DNA of 64,000 bases from a virus (Duplodnaviria > Caudoviricetes). The notes under the pieces are model-generated. The model was not told the origin of the DNA, ran no database searches, and saw only the letters and a program-made list of their open reading frames with translations. Below are positions 47,371 to 56,079 of this stretch, one piece after another (position 1 is the first letter of the stretch; every line of letters starts with the position of its first letter). Where the stretch lies: IMG/VR virus record IMGVR_UViG_3300033074_001484, positions 96,001 through 160,000 of that record. One strand, given 5' to 3'. Position numbers and translations under genes: made by a program.

Positions 47371-48540
47371 TTATTTACTCATCTCCCTTACTATATTACT
47401 AATTTTCAATAATCTTTCTGATATCTTTTTCAGTTTAGGTAACGTTGATTTCCAATACACATCCTGTCCCATGCCTCCTTCACCCTTAAATTTATTAGCG
47501 CGTTTCACAGTCTGTTCAATTTCATACAACTTTCTATGAACTTCGTTAATTACCGCATTTAACTTTTGCCGGGGGGTTTGCTTATCATCACTCGCCCATT
47601 CATCATAGGTGGCTTCGCTAAGTACTTTTTTTATTCGCCGTTTACCTAAATCATATAGAGATTCGATAATTTCATATCCAGTGGATGTAGTAGAATTTTG
47701 ATATTGTTTTCTCATATCTTCTTTTGAAGACGATGGCCGGTGAAATGCTCCGGGAGTTCTAATTTGCCCCTCACCACCATCCAAATTTGATGTAGTATTT
47801 TCACTTAAATGATTACCATTTTCATCTACTAACGTCAAACCACCATGATCATCCTCAAACCATATATTAGGATAAAATTTGTGTTTATACATCCAAGTTT
47901 TAACCGCATTCCATGCGTCCTCATCTTCAGTAAATGTCCCTATATGCTTACCGGAAGCACTCACTGATAACTTCCAACCATTTGACGATACAATTATATC
48001 ATCCTCAGATGGTCCATCAGCCGACATATCCTCATCATCACTCGCCCATTCATCATAGGTGGCTTCGCTAAGTACTTTTTTTATTCGCCGTTTACCTAAA
48101 TCATATAGAGATTCGATAATTTCATATCCAGTGGATGTAGTAGAATTTTGATATTGTTTTCTCATATCTTCTTTTGAAGACGATGGCCGGTGAAATGCTC
48201 CGGGAGTTCTAATTTGCCCCTCACCACCATCCAAATTTGATGTAGTATTTTCACTTAAATGATTACCATTTTCATCTACTAACGTCAAACCACCATGATC
48301 ATCCTCAAACCATATATTAGGATAAAATTTGTGTTTATACATCCAAGTTTTAACCGCATTCCATGCGTCCTCATCTTCAGTAAATGTCCCTATATGCTTA
48401 CCGGAAGCACTCACTGATAACTTCCAACCATTTGACGATACAATTATATCATCCTCAGATGGTCCATCAGCCGACATATCCTCATCATCCGAAATTTCAT
48501 TATCAAATCTTTCCGAAAGCAGTTTTATTAAATTGTCCAT
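47371..48540 (-). CDS. Head-region protein with exact 150-aa internal duplication
   Basis: Adjacent to gp21; TPGAF motif; duplicated block. Confidence 0.75.
   Translation of the reverse strand: MDNLIKLLSERFDNEISDDEDMSADGPSEDDIIVSSNGWKLSVSASGKHIGTFTEDEDAWNAVKTWMYKHKFYPNIWFEDDHGGLTLVDENGNHLSENTTSNLDGGEGQIRTPGAFHRPSSSKEDMRKQYQNSTTSTGYEIIESLYDLGKRRIKKVLSEATYDEWASDDEDMSADGPSEDDIIVSSNGWKLSVSASGKHIGTFTEDEDAWNAVKTWMYKHKFYPNIWFEDDHGGLTLVDENGNHLSENTTSNLDGGEGQIRTPGAFHRPSSSKEDMRKQYQNSTTSTGYEIIESLYDLGKRRIKKVLSEATYDEWASDDKQTPRQKLNAVINEVHRKLYEIEQTVKRANKFKGEGGMGQDVYWKSTLPKLKKISERLLKISNIVREMSK
47584..48489. repeat. Perfect 450-bp tandem duplication
   Basis: 47584-48033 matches 48034-48483 with no mismatch seen; ATCATC microhomology at the junctions. 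Confidence 0.95.
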
Positions 48541-48542
48541 AA

Positions 48543-48902
48543 TTAACCTGCCAATAATTTAGTTATAGTATTTTTAACATGTATTTTTAACACACTTTCA
48601 ATAATTGCAGATTTTGACATTTTCGCAATTTTAACAGATTTACCATCCCATTCAGAGCCATTCAAAAACAACGTATTATTATGTTCGACCAATGTTACGC
48701 CCGGTAATTTATTTAACACGTTTTGGAGTTTTGCATTTTTTAATACATTTTTACCATTAATAACCAAATGATTCCCCTCAACAATCTTTGCAACAACCAC
48801 ATCATCAACTACTAATGATTTATTTTTTGATTTAATACTACCAAATCTTCCATCTTTACCTGCGCAAAATTTTAATATCACCTTGTCATTTAATGGAATC
48901 AT
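48543..48902 (-). CDS. Hypothetical protein
   Basis: 119-aa basic ORF in head operon. Confidence 0.7.
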   Translation of the reverse strand: MIPLNDKVILKFCAGKDGRFGSIKSKNKSLVVDDVVVAKIVEGNHLVINGKNVLKNAKLQNVLNKLPGVTLVEHNNTLFLNGSEWDGKSVKIAKMSKSAIIESVLKIHVKNTITKLLAG

Positions 48903-48910
48903 GCCAATCC

Positions 48911-49750
48911 TTATAATTTTGTATTTAATTCATAATATTTCAAAAGAGATGTAAGGTGGTTATCTTGGATAGTTCGACTTGTTGTTATAATATCTATGAG
49001 TTTTATAGCCTCTGATAATTTTATTCGTAACACATTATCCGCCAAACCATCCAATTTTTTTGTCAAAGAACTCTTCAATTGTTTACATTCTGTATAAACA
49101 TAATCTCTAAATTCCGTAGATTTGACATCATCGTATATATATCTTCTAAGAAGTTCTCGTTGTTTTGGTTGTAAAACGCTATAAGTTTTATTGAATTTTT
49201 CCAACAGCATTTTAAATGACATAACTTGTAAATCAGGACTTAGCTCCCGCCATTTTTGAATGTCATCATTAATAGTATTTTCACTATTATTTTCACCAGT
49301 ATCATGTTCAATTAACGTCTCCAAGGCTACCACAATATCATCTGGATATATATCAGGCTTTCCAAATCCTTCAAATAATTTATATACCGATGCAAAAATT
49401 TTATAGTTTTGAACGCGATTTGCAAAAAAGTCATTTTCAGAATATTTTGCCTTCAACTCACCAATAAGTTTAAACTTTTCAAGATTCAACTTTTCAAGAT
49501 TCAACCGATTTCGGCCTTTAATGGTTACATCAACCAACCGGTCAATTGGTATTAATTTTTTAGTGCGATTTGTAATTGAGTGATAATAACTCAACTCTTT
49601 AAATAATTCTGTTTTTGGATTGAAATATTTGCGTATAAGTGAATACGCTGTCGGGTTTTTATTGTTCAATAATTCGGAAACTACCATTTTAGATAGTATC
49701 TCAAACAATAATCCAGTATTTTTATACTTATTATGTTTTATCCGCTTCAT
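48911..49750 (-). CDS. Head-region protein downstream of portal
   Basis: KH.KYKNTGLLFE, NYK.FASVYKLFE; TATTTATA motif upstream. Confidence 0.75.
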   Translation of the reverse strand: MKRIKHNKYKNTGLLFEILSKMVVSELLNNKNPTAYSLIRKYFNPKTELFKELSYYHSITNRTKKLIPIDRLVDVTIKGRNRLNLEKLNLEKFKLIGELKAKYSENDFFANRVQNYKIFASVYKLFEGFGKPDIYPDDIVVALETLIEHDTGENNSENTINDDIQKWRELSPDLQVMSFKMLLEKFNKTYSVLQPKQRELLRRYIYDDVKSTEFRDYVYTECKQLKSSLTKKLDGLADNVLRIKLSEAIKLIDIITTSRTIQDNHLTSLLKYYELNTKL

Positions 49751-49767
49751 GCACACCTAATATTTAC

Positions 49768-49775
49768 TATAAATA
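49768..49775 (-). promoter_or_regulatory. TATTTATW late-promoter-like motif
   Basis: Intergenic, after portal. Confidence 0.6.
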
Positions 49776-49794
49776 TGAAATTAGTGTATAAAAA

Positions 49795-51615
49795 TCAAAT
49801 ATCATCAATATCCATAAGTCGGTGCTCGTTAAGCATATCCAATTCTTTGTTAGCTTTAATAGATAACGACTTCTCAACATCTTTCCGGTTTTTCATAATA
49901 TGATCTAAATTAATACTATATTCAGTATTTTTAGCCCCTTCCGCCGATTTTTTACCAGTGGGATCACGTCCAAAATCCACATCTTTATCCGACTCAAACG
50001 AACCGGGTTCTTCTGGCCTTCCCGGATTATCTTCTCGACCATCAGGTTGTGTCGTAAACATGGTTTTCACATCAGCACCATTTGATTGTATCTTAGATGC
50101 CAATTGCATGCTTGCAATATCATGTGTTGTACCAAACGTTTTTCCAGTAATTTTTGGATCATTACCTTCCGACTTTATTTGTTCAAATCTAAATTCAGAT
50201 TTCAAGTCTTCAACAATTTCATCTTGCATTGCTATGAATTCTTCTTCTGACATATCAAATAATGTTTCATATATATGCCGTCTACTAAACAAAGATTTAT
50301 CAAGCATTGATGTTGCCAATGTCATTTTTTCATTTAACAATTCAACTTGTTGTCTTTTGAAAATTATTGACGGGTTCGGAAGTTCTAACTCAAAATCAAG
50401 CAGTTTCTCTCTATCAACACCCTGTAAAAACAAATGTATGATTGCAATTTTATAGAGTTCACTAACAAACATTTTTTGAACCCGTTCAACGGTACGTGCA
50501 AATCGAATATCCATCGAAGCTAATGTTGCTTTACCATCAACACCCTCTTCATATCCAAGCCACGCCTTGGGTATTTTAAATGATGCGAAAAATTTACCCA
50601 ATATGTGATTAATATCTGCAAGCTGATCTCCCCCGGATAGTCCGGGCAACGTCTCAATAGAAGTTCCACTTTCCGACCCACGTACCGGTAGAAAATAATC
50701 TTCCAACATGTTCTGTATGTTGAATTTCAAATTATAATCACCTGTTCGCTCATCAACATAAGGGACTTTTTTCATCGAATCTGCAATATCTTGTATGTAC
50801 CCGTCGATTTCTTCCGGGGCAATATTCCCAATGTCAATTTTAAATAACCGTCGCTCTGGTGCCCTCATAATTCGTTGTAGCATCATTGCATCTTCTAACA
50901 GCATTAATTGTTTATACGTCTTTCTACCGGGTTCCAATATGGAACGACCATACGGTAAATATATCGTATCCGTCAATAGTCTAAAATGGGCAACCTCATA
51001 TTCTTCAAAGTCCTTACGAACCGAGCCAAATACTTCCTGTTCTATCATATCCTCACTGAATGAAAACTTAGTTTTCCCATCACCATCCAAATCTTCCTCG
51101 CGATGTAATGCCAGTGGGTGGTAAGGCGCAACATTCACTACGCCGTAACGTTCCCTGATATCTAAAATCAAAAAGTAATCACCATATTTACAAGTGTTCC
51201 TAACCCATGAAAATATATTGAATTCAATATTAAGCACGTCATAAAACAGATTATATAAAATTTTTTTTATCTGTTCATCACTTGTTTTTATGGTAAGTAC
51301 ATTACCCGCATGGTCTTTCACAGTTGACTCATCTGCATATATGTCCAACGCCGACGATACTATAGCGTCTCTATCCATAAGTTCGTAATCACGGTACAAT
51401 TGTCGTCTGTACGCTTCTACATCTTCAATTGTACCAACAAATACAGATTCGCGATACGTATTGCGTTTCCAACGACCGCGACTATACACGGTACGTTCCT
51501 TTTCCGCCATCTGATGTAAATTAACATCAAATATCTTTAATTGATTACCCGGAACCTTAGTAATCACTAAGTGTCTACTGAATAATTTTGCTAATGAGTC
51601 TCTAAATGATGCCAT
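49795..51615 (-). CDS. gp20: Portal protein (gp20)
   Basis: SALDIYADE, PYGRS.LE, EDAM...RI.RAPERR.F.IDIGN, EDYFLP.RG, IETLPG. Confidence 0.96.
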   Translation of the reverse strand: MASFRDSLAKLFSRHLVITKVPGNQLKIFDVNLHQMAEKERTVYSRGRWKRNTYRESVFVGTIEDVEAYRRQLYRDYELMDRDAIVSSALDIYADESTVKDHAGNVLTIKTSDEQIKKILYNLFYDVLNIEFNIFSWVRNTCKYGDYFLILDIRERYGVVNVAPYHPLALHREEDLDGDGKTKFSFSEDMIEQEVFGSVRKDFEEYEVAHFRLLTDTIYLPYGRSILEPGRKTYKQLMLLEDAMMLQRIMRAPERRLFKIDIGNIAPEEIDGYIQDIADSMKKVPYVDERTGDYNLKFNIQNMLEDYFLPVRGSESGTSIETLPGLSGGDQLADINHILGKFFASFKIPKAWLGYEEGVDGKATLASMDIRFARTVERVQKMFVSELYKIAIIHLFLQGVDREKLLDFELELPNPSIIFKRQQVELLNEKMTLATSMLDKSLFSRRHIYETLFDMSEEEFIAMQDEIVEDLKSEFRFEQIKSEGNDPKITGKTFGTTHDIASMQLASKIQSNGADVKTMFTTQPDGREDNPGRPEEPGSFESDKDVDFGRDPTGKKSAEGAKNTEYSINLDHIMKNRKDVEKSLSIKANKELDMLNEHRLMDIDDI

Positions 51616-51618
51616 GCT

Positions 51619-53223
51619 TTATTTTTTTCTCACAACCCAAGAAATATCCTCATTCCCATGCTGTGTCGGATAATTATAGGGATTGCGATTTTGTGTTCCA
51701 CCTCTATAAATAGTCTTATGTATGTTAGATACTGCATTTCTTGTCATGTCAACTCCCATCATTTTTAAACGTAATGAAGTATCTCTAACAAATAAGCCCA
51801 TCCCCAATGCCATTGACATGTCATCATTGTAACCTTGCTGTGCTTGAACCTTGCCATCTATCCACATAAATGTAAATAATTCATTTACGGTTCTTCGACA
51901 TTTAAGTATAACTTGTTTTTCTTTAACATACGTTTCTATTTTAGATATAATGTTTAATCGAAGTTTTGTAGTTGTCGTAAATCCGGGAACCATATTCGAT
52001 TTACTCTTTAAATCATAATTTTTCATAATATGAATATTCTTATCGAAAAATGGATCGTTTCTATATGAGTAATACAAATTGGGATAATCCCGGTCTAATG
52101 CAACTTGAACGACATCCCATCCAATACCTTTATTATCAATGACCAATAGCGCATTATTCCATTCGGTAGCTACATTGACTAATAGGTGACCAAATTCAGT
52201 AGTGTCAATTTTACCCTTAAAAGATGCAACTTGTGTAAGAGATTCAATATCAATAACATGGAATGCACTGTCATCCCTACCATCCCCACGTGCAACGTCA
52301 GCGACAACCATATAACTTCTGTTGTAATTAGGGTATTCCCACAGCCAATAAGCATCGAATGGGTATCGTTTGTCCAAAGGGTCTTCACACATGTTATCCA
52401 AATACCACTTCAATATTTCACCTTCTATCAATGTATGACCAGATGATATAAAGTCACATGCATGTTCTTGTGCAAAACCACGTGCGCCTAATTTTGCACG
52501 TTGTACATCAGCCCATCTCGCATCTCGTTCAGGATGTAAATACCAAGGCAATTCAACGTAAAAAAATGGTTTGTTTGATTCAGAAAACGACCCTTCCTGA
52601 GCTTCAACACACATACGATGGAACAAATTACCAACCCCATTCGGTGAACTTAATACAATCGAATTTCCACCGGTGGCGAGTGTAGCTTGTGATGCTAACC
52701 AAATATTATCAAATTTATCTATAAATGCGGCCTCGTCAATGACCAGCAACGATACTGCATGTGATCTGGCAGATTTTTCCGAACTACTCACCGCAACAAT
52801 TGTTGACCCATTCTCTAATTTTAATGTAAGTTTATTGAAAACGATTTGCCGAGGTTTCAACCATGATGGAAGGTTATCATACATAAGCTGTACTTTTTCC
52901 ACGATAGCCTTTGCGACATCCTGTGTAGTAGCAATTACAAGTACACTGTAATTAGGATTAAAAATCATTTTCCATAATGCATATGCTGCAACCAATGTAC
53001 TAATCCCAAGCTGTCTACCCTTATTAATTATTACATATTTATTATCTATAAAAGTTTGTAATGTTGTTTCTTGAAATGGGTACAGATTAAATTTAAGTTT
53101 ACCATGTAATGGGTGGGCAATTGTAAAATGCTTCTTTACAGCATATACAAAATCCGTCGCACATTTAGAATATTCCTCTTTAATTCGCGCCCTTAATAGC
53201 TTTTCAATATCAACATCTGACAT
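51619..53223 (-). CDS. gp17: Terminase large subunit (gp17)
   Basis: LYPFQ, KGRQLGIST, LVIDEAAF, SSPNG, DVARGDG.D, DD. Confidence 0.96.
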   Translation of the reverse strand: MSDVDIEKLLRARIKEEYSKCATDFVYAVKKHFTIAHPLHGKLKFNLYPFQETTLQTFIDNKYVIINKGRQLGISTLVAAYALWKMIFNPNYSVLVIATTQDVAKAIVEKVQLMYDNLPSWLKPRQIVFNKLTLKLENGSTIVAVSSSEKSARSHAVSLLVIDEAAFIDKFDNIWLASQATLATGGNSIVLSSPNGVGNLFHRMCVEAQEGSFSESNKPFFYVELPWYLHPERDARWADVQRAKLGARGFAQEHACDFISSGHTLIEGEILKWYLDNMCEDPLDKRYPFDAYWLWEYPNYNRSYMVVADVARGDGRDDSAFHVIDIESLTQVASFKGKIDTTEFGHLLVNVATEWNNALLVIDNKGIGWDVVQVALDRDYPNLYYSYRNDPFFDKNIHIMKNYDLKSKSNMVPGFTTTTKLRLNIISKIETYVKEKQVILKCRRTVNELFTFMWIDGKVQAQQGYNDDMSMALGMGLFVRDTSLRLKMMGVDMTRNAVSNIHKTIYRGGTQNRNPYNYPTQHGNEDISWVVRKK

Positions 53224-53453
53224 TAATACCCCCCAAGCGGCACATTATACGTATATACATTTCCAAACGTTGTTGATATTTCATATTCATCAACTGATCG
53301 TGTAATATATGTCATATCCGACGTTTCTTTTGAAATACTATCAATTCTTTTGTTATACATATCACAAGATATTTTACATTGTTTGTTAATAAAGTACAAC
53401 TGCACCATAAGTCTAACTGCAATTATAACAGCAACTATGACAATATAACTCAT
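53223..53453 (-). CDS. Small protein with N-terminal hydrophobic segment
   Basis: Translationally coupled to terminase. Confidence 0.55.
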   Translation of the reverse strand: MSYIVIVAVIIAVRLMVQLYFINKQCKISCDMYNKRIDSISKETSDMTYITRSVDEYEISTTFGNVYTYNVPLGGY

Positions 53454-54088
53454 TCAGATTCAACCTGACATGTTTTGGAATGTAATAAATTCAACCAATC
53501 ATTCTTGAACTCTGTGTAATTTGCTTCAATCGTAGATAAAACAAGTTCCGGGTTTTCAACCTCCCACTGTTCAACCGTCCCATTTTCATTTGTAAACGAT
53601 ATCCCGGTAGCAGTCAATGACCTTTTCAATTCTTCCAATTGAATGTCCATTTCTGCGAAAAATGCCACCGCATTATCATACATTTTTTTATTAGCATATT
53701 CAGTAAACGATCCGTCTATCTTTTTTCGAGTTTCAATATCTATCACACATTCAGAACACATTCCAGTTTTTTTTCTGAATTTATGATCTAATCTTGTAGG
53801 AGAATTACATGTACATTCATCCTTTGGGCAATTGAAAAAGGTAGGTTGAGATGCGTTTACACCAACAAAATTTGCAGGAACTTTAGATATATACCCGGCA
53901 TGTTGCTCATACCTATATCTGCTATTTGTTGCCGGATCAATGTCATACCACACCTCCCCCAACGTTCGTGTTTTATTTTTCTCGGCAACATCTTCGGCAT
54001 CATAAAATGTAAAACTTTTACGAGTTTGAAACCGATGAGTTCCATCCAAAAATTGTTTAATAGATTTAACGTTTTGTAACTTTCCCAT
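53450..54088 (-). CDS. Hypothetical Zn-binding protein upstream of terminase
   Basis: GEVW.D, CPKDEC.C and C.EC motifs. Confidence 0.7.
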   Translation of the reverse strand: MGKLQNVKSIKQFLDGTHRFQTRKSFTFYDAEDVAEKNKTRTLGEVWYDIDPATNSRYRYEQHAGYISKVPANFVGVNASQPTFFNCPKDECTCNSPTRLDHKFRKKTGMCSECVIDIETRKKIDGSFTEYANKKMYDNAVAFFAEMDIQLEELKRSLTATGISFTNENGTVEQWEVENPELVLSTIEANYTEFKNDWLNLLHSKTCQVESE

Positions 54089-54094
54089 ATGTTT

Positions 54095-54667
54095 TTATTT
54101 TTTCCTTTCTATTTCCTCTTCTGAATCGTCAGATTTGGTAACTTTAACATCAGGTCTATTTGTGTCTGGCTGAGGTGTTTCTTTAGATTTTTTTGGATTT
54201 TTTACATCAGCCGCATCATTTGAATTCTCCGAATCCTCTGCGTTCGCATTATCTCGCTTTGCAGCAATTCGACGAAAATTATCTATAATATCGGAAATCT
54301 TATTTGACGGAACCCCAACGATATTAGCAAATTTTATTATTGCATCCGCTTGGTCCAATACATTTGTGAATGATAAATATTTCATGAGACCACTTTTCTC
54401 AAGTTTCTCAAAAAATATCTTGACCATAATCCTTTCACTTTTTACGGCCTTGTCATCTTTTGCCTTTGGTTTTACCGGAACTACTTTATCTACAATATCA
54501 TCTCCACCCACAGGAACCCCATCACGTTCCATTATATACTGTCGAGATATACGTTCAATAAGTCTTTGACGTTTTAAACTGTTGCTTACTGCGGCTTCAC
54601 CATTCATGTTTTTAATAGCCTCGACTATGTATTTTTTAAGTCCCACTTCAAATTTGTCGCGTTTCAT
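54095..54667 (-). CDS. Hypothetical late protein
   Basis: Start moved to MKRDKF: AAGGA SD and TATTTATA (54684-54691) lie upstream. Confidence 0.65.
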   Translation of the reverse strand: MKRDKFEVGLKKYIVEAIKNMNGEAAVSNSLKRQRLIERISRQYIMERDGVPVGGDDIVDKVVPVKPKAKDDKAVKSERIMVKIFFEKLEKSGLMKYLSFTNVLDQADAIIKFANIVGVPSNKISDIIDNFRRIAAKRDNANAEDSENSNDAADVKNPKKSKETPQPDTNRPDVKVTKSDDSEEEIERKK

Positions 54668-54696
54668 ACTTTTTTCCTTTTTATATAAATAGTTAA

Positions 54697-55491
54697 TCAT
54701 TGATTATCATCAATATTTTTAATTTCCCCACTTGGTGGCGGGTCACCGGATTTATCTCTACTCATCCGTTCAATTATATCCAGAAACCCATTATCCTTCA
54801 TTTTTTTCCCTATCTGCGCCACATTAAATGGTATAGTATACAAAACATTATCCAAATGTTTACACACACTCCCACGCTTGCCCGGATTATTAATATCGGG
54901 TGGACGATTCTCTGGATATACTGCATAATCATCAACCGTTCCTATGTATTTAAACCCCCAATATACCCATGAGGGATCGGTGCAATGCACCAATATATCT
55001 CCAAAAATTGCCATCTTAATTATCTGATCAATAGGCTTACTATCCTTATGTTCCATATATATAGTTGGCAAATCAACTAATTTAACCAATTGCATATACA
55101 CAATTTTATCTTTAGTGTAACTTGGAGTTCTATAAATAATCGTACCCTCTTTATCAACATTTACCAAATACGATCCTTTATTAGTCTTTGCTGACCTTTG
55201 TCTAAGTGTCTCCCCACTTTTATACACAAAACCGGGAGCCTTTGCCCGAAGTGTTTTGTAATCTGTTTCAGATAAATATTCTCTAATTATCTCAGCATTT
55301 GTATCCTCATACAACTCACATTCACGAATAAGATTGTCAATAGAACTCTCGGTAAAAAAAAGATACTCCAAATATTTTGGAATACCACCTTCAATTATCA
55401 TATATTCCGGTAATACTGGTACATCTTCGACACTCTCTGTTAAGTGAATACGAGTGTATTTGTCATTTGCTTTTAATTCAACTATATCCAT
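54697..55491 (-). CDS. SWIM-like zinc-finger protein
   Basis: VHCTDPSW...NP..RGSVCKHL. Confidence 0.55.
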   Translation of the reverse strand: MDIVELKANDKYTRIHLTESVEDVPVLPEYMIIEGGIPKYLEYLFFTESSIDNLIRECELYEDTNAEIIREYLSETDYKTLRAKAPGFVYKSGETLRQRSAKTNKGSYLVNVDKEGTIIYRTPSYTKDKIVYMQLVKLVDLPTIYMEHKDSKPIDQIIKMAIFGDILVHCTDPSWVYWGFKYIGTVDDYAVYPENRPPDINNPGKRGSVCKHLDNVLYTIPFNVAQIGKKMKDNGFLDIIERMSRDKSGDPPPSGEIKNIDDNQ

Positions 55492-56079
55492 TTACCAATC
55501 CCATGTTAATAAACAATTTACGTTAAATGTAGTCCCATAATACTCATAAAACACTTGTGTATTTACGTGTCTACACACCCATTTATAATCAACAGTACCA
55601 ATGGTGGTACTAAGTGCAATCACCAATTCTAACTTAAATGTTGTTGCCGCCGATGAATACAAATCAAGAATTGCAATCGGTGATGCCGCTGTTAATTCTT
55701 GCCAATCGCTATCCGGTGTAGTACTTAGGGTTTGTGCCAGTAAATTTGTCGTTGAAATCAATGCCCCCGAATCCTTCACTAATCGAACTAAAACTGAATG
55801 TGAGGTCACGTTTGTCGTGTTAACTGTCCAATATGATATACCTACCCTTATTTGTGTTATCGCATCCGCATCCGGTGGGACTCCAAGACTGATCCAACTT
55901 AAATTTTCATCAGCGCGACGGCCACGTTCAAACACATTTGAAAGTGCTTGGGCCGTAGATGTAAATTGAAATACAGGTATAGTATTATATGACGATTCAG
56001 CAAATGTGATATCTGGGGTTGACCCTACATCAACCATACTCTGTGGAGCTTCAATTTGTCCGCTTACATCATAACTCAT
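55492..56079 (-). CDS. Beta-rich putative virion protein
   Basis: Ser/Thr-rich; coupled to the upstream structural gene. Confidence 0.5.
   Translation of the reverse strand: MSYDVSGQIEAPQSMVDVGSTPDITFAESSYNTIPVFQFTSTAQALSNVFERGRRADENLSWISLGVPPDADAITQIRVGISYWTVNTTNVTSHSVLVRLVKDSGALISTTNLLAQTLSTTPDSDWQELTAASPIAILDLYSSAATTFKLELVIALSTTIGTVDYKWVCRHVNTQVFYEYYGTTFNVNCLLTWDW

Noticed and set aside
47584-48489. Duplication as a DGR template/variable repeat pair
   Set aside because: The copies are identical with no adenine-specific differences, and no reverse transcriptase is in the window.
8532-53223. Introns or inteins in PolB, NrdJ, helicase, terminase, portal or capsid
   Set aside because: Lengths are ordinary, the ORFs are continuous, and no splicing or homing-endonuclease motifs were seen.
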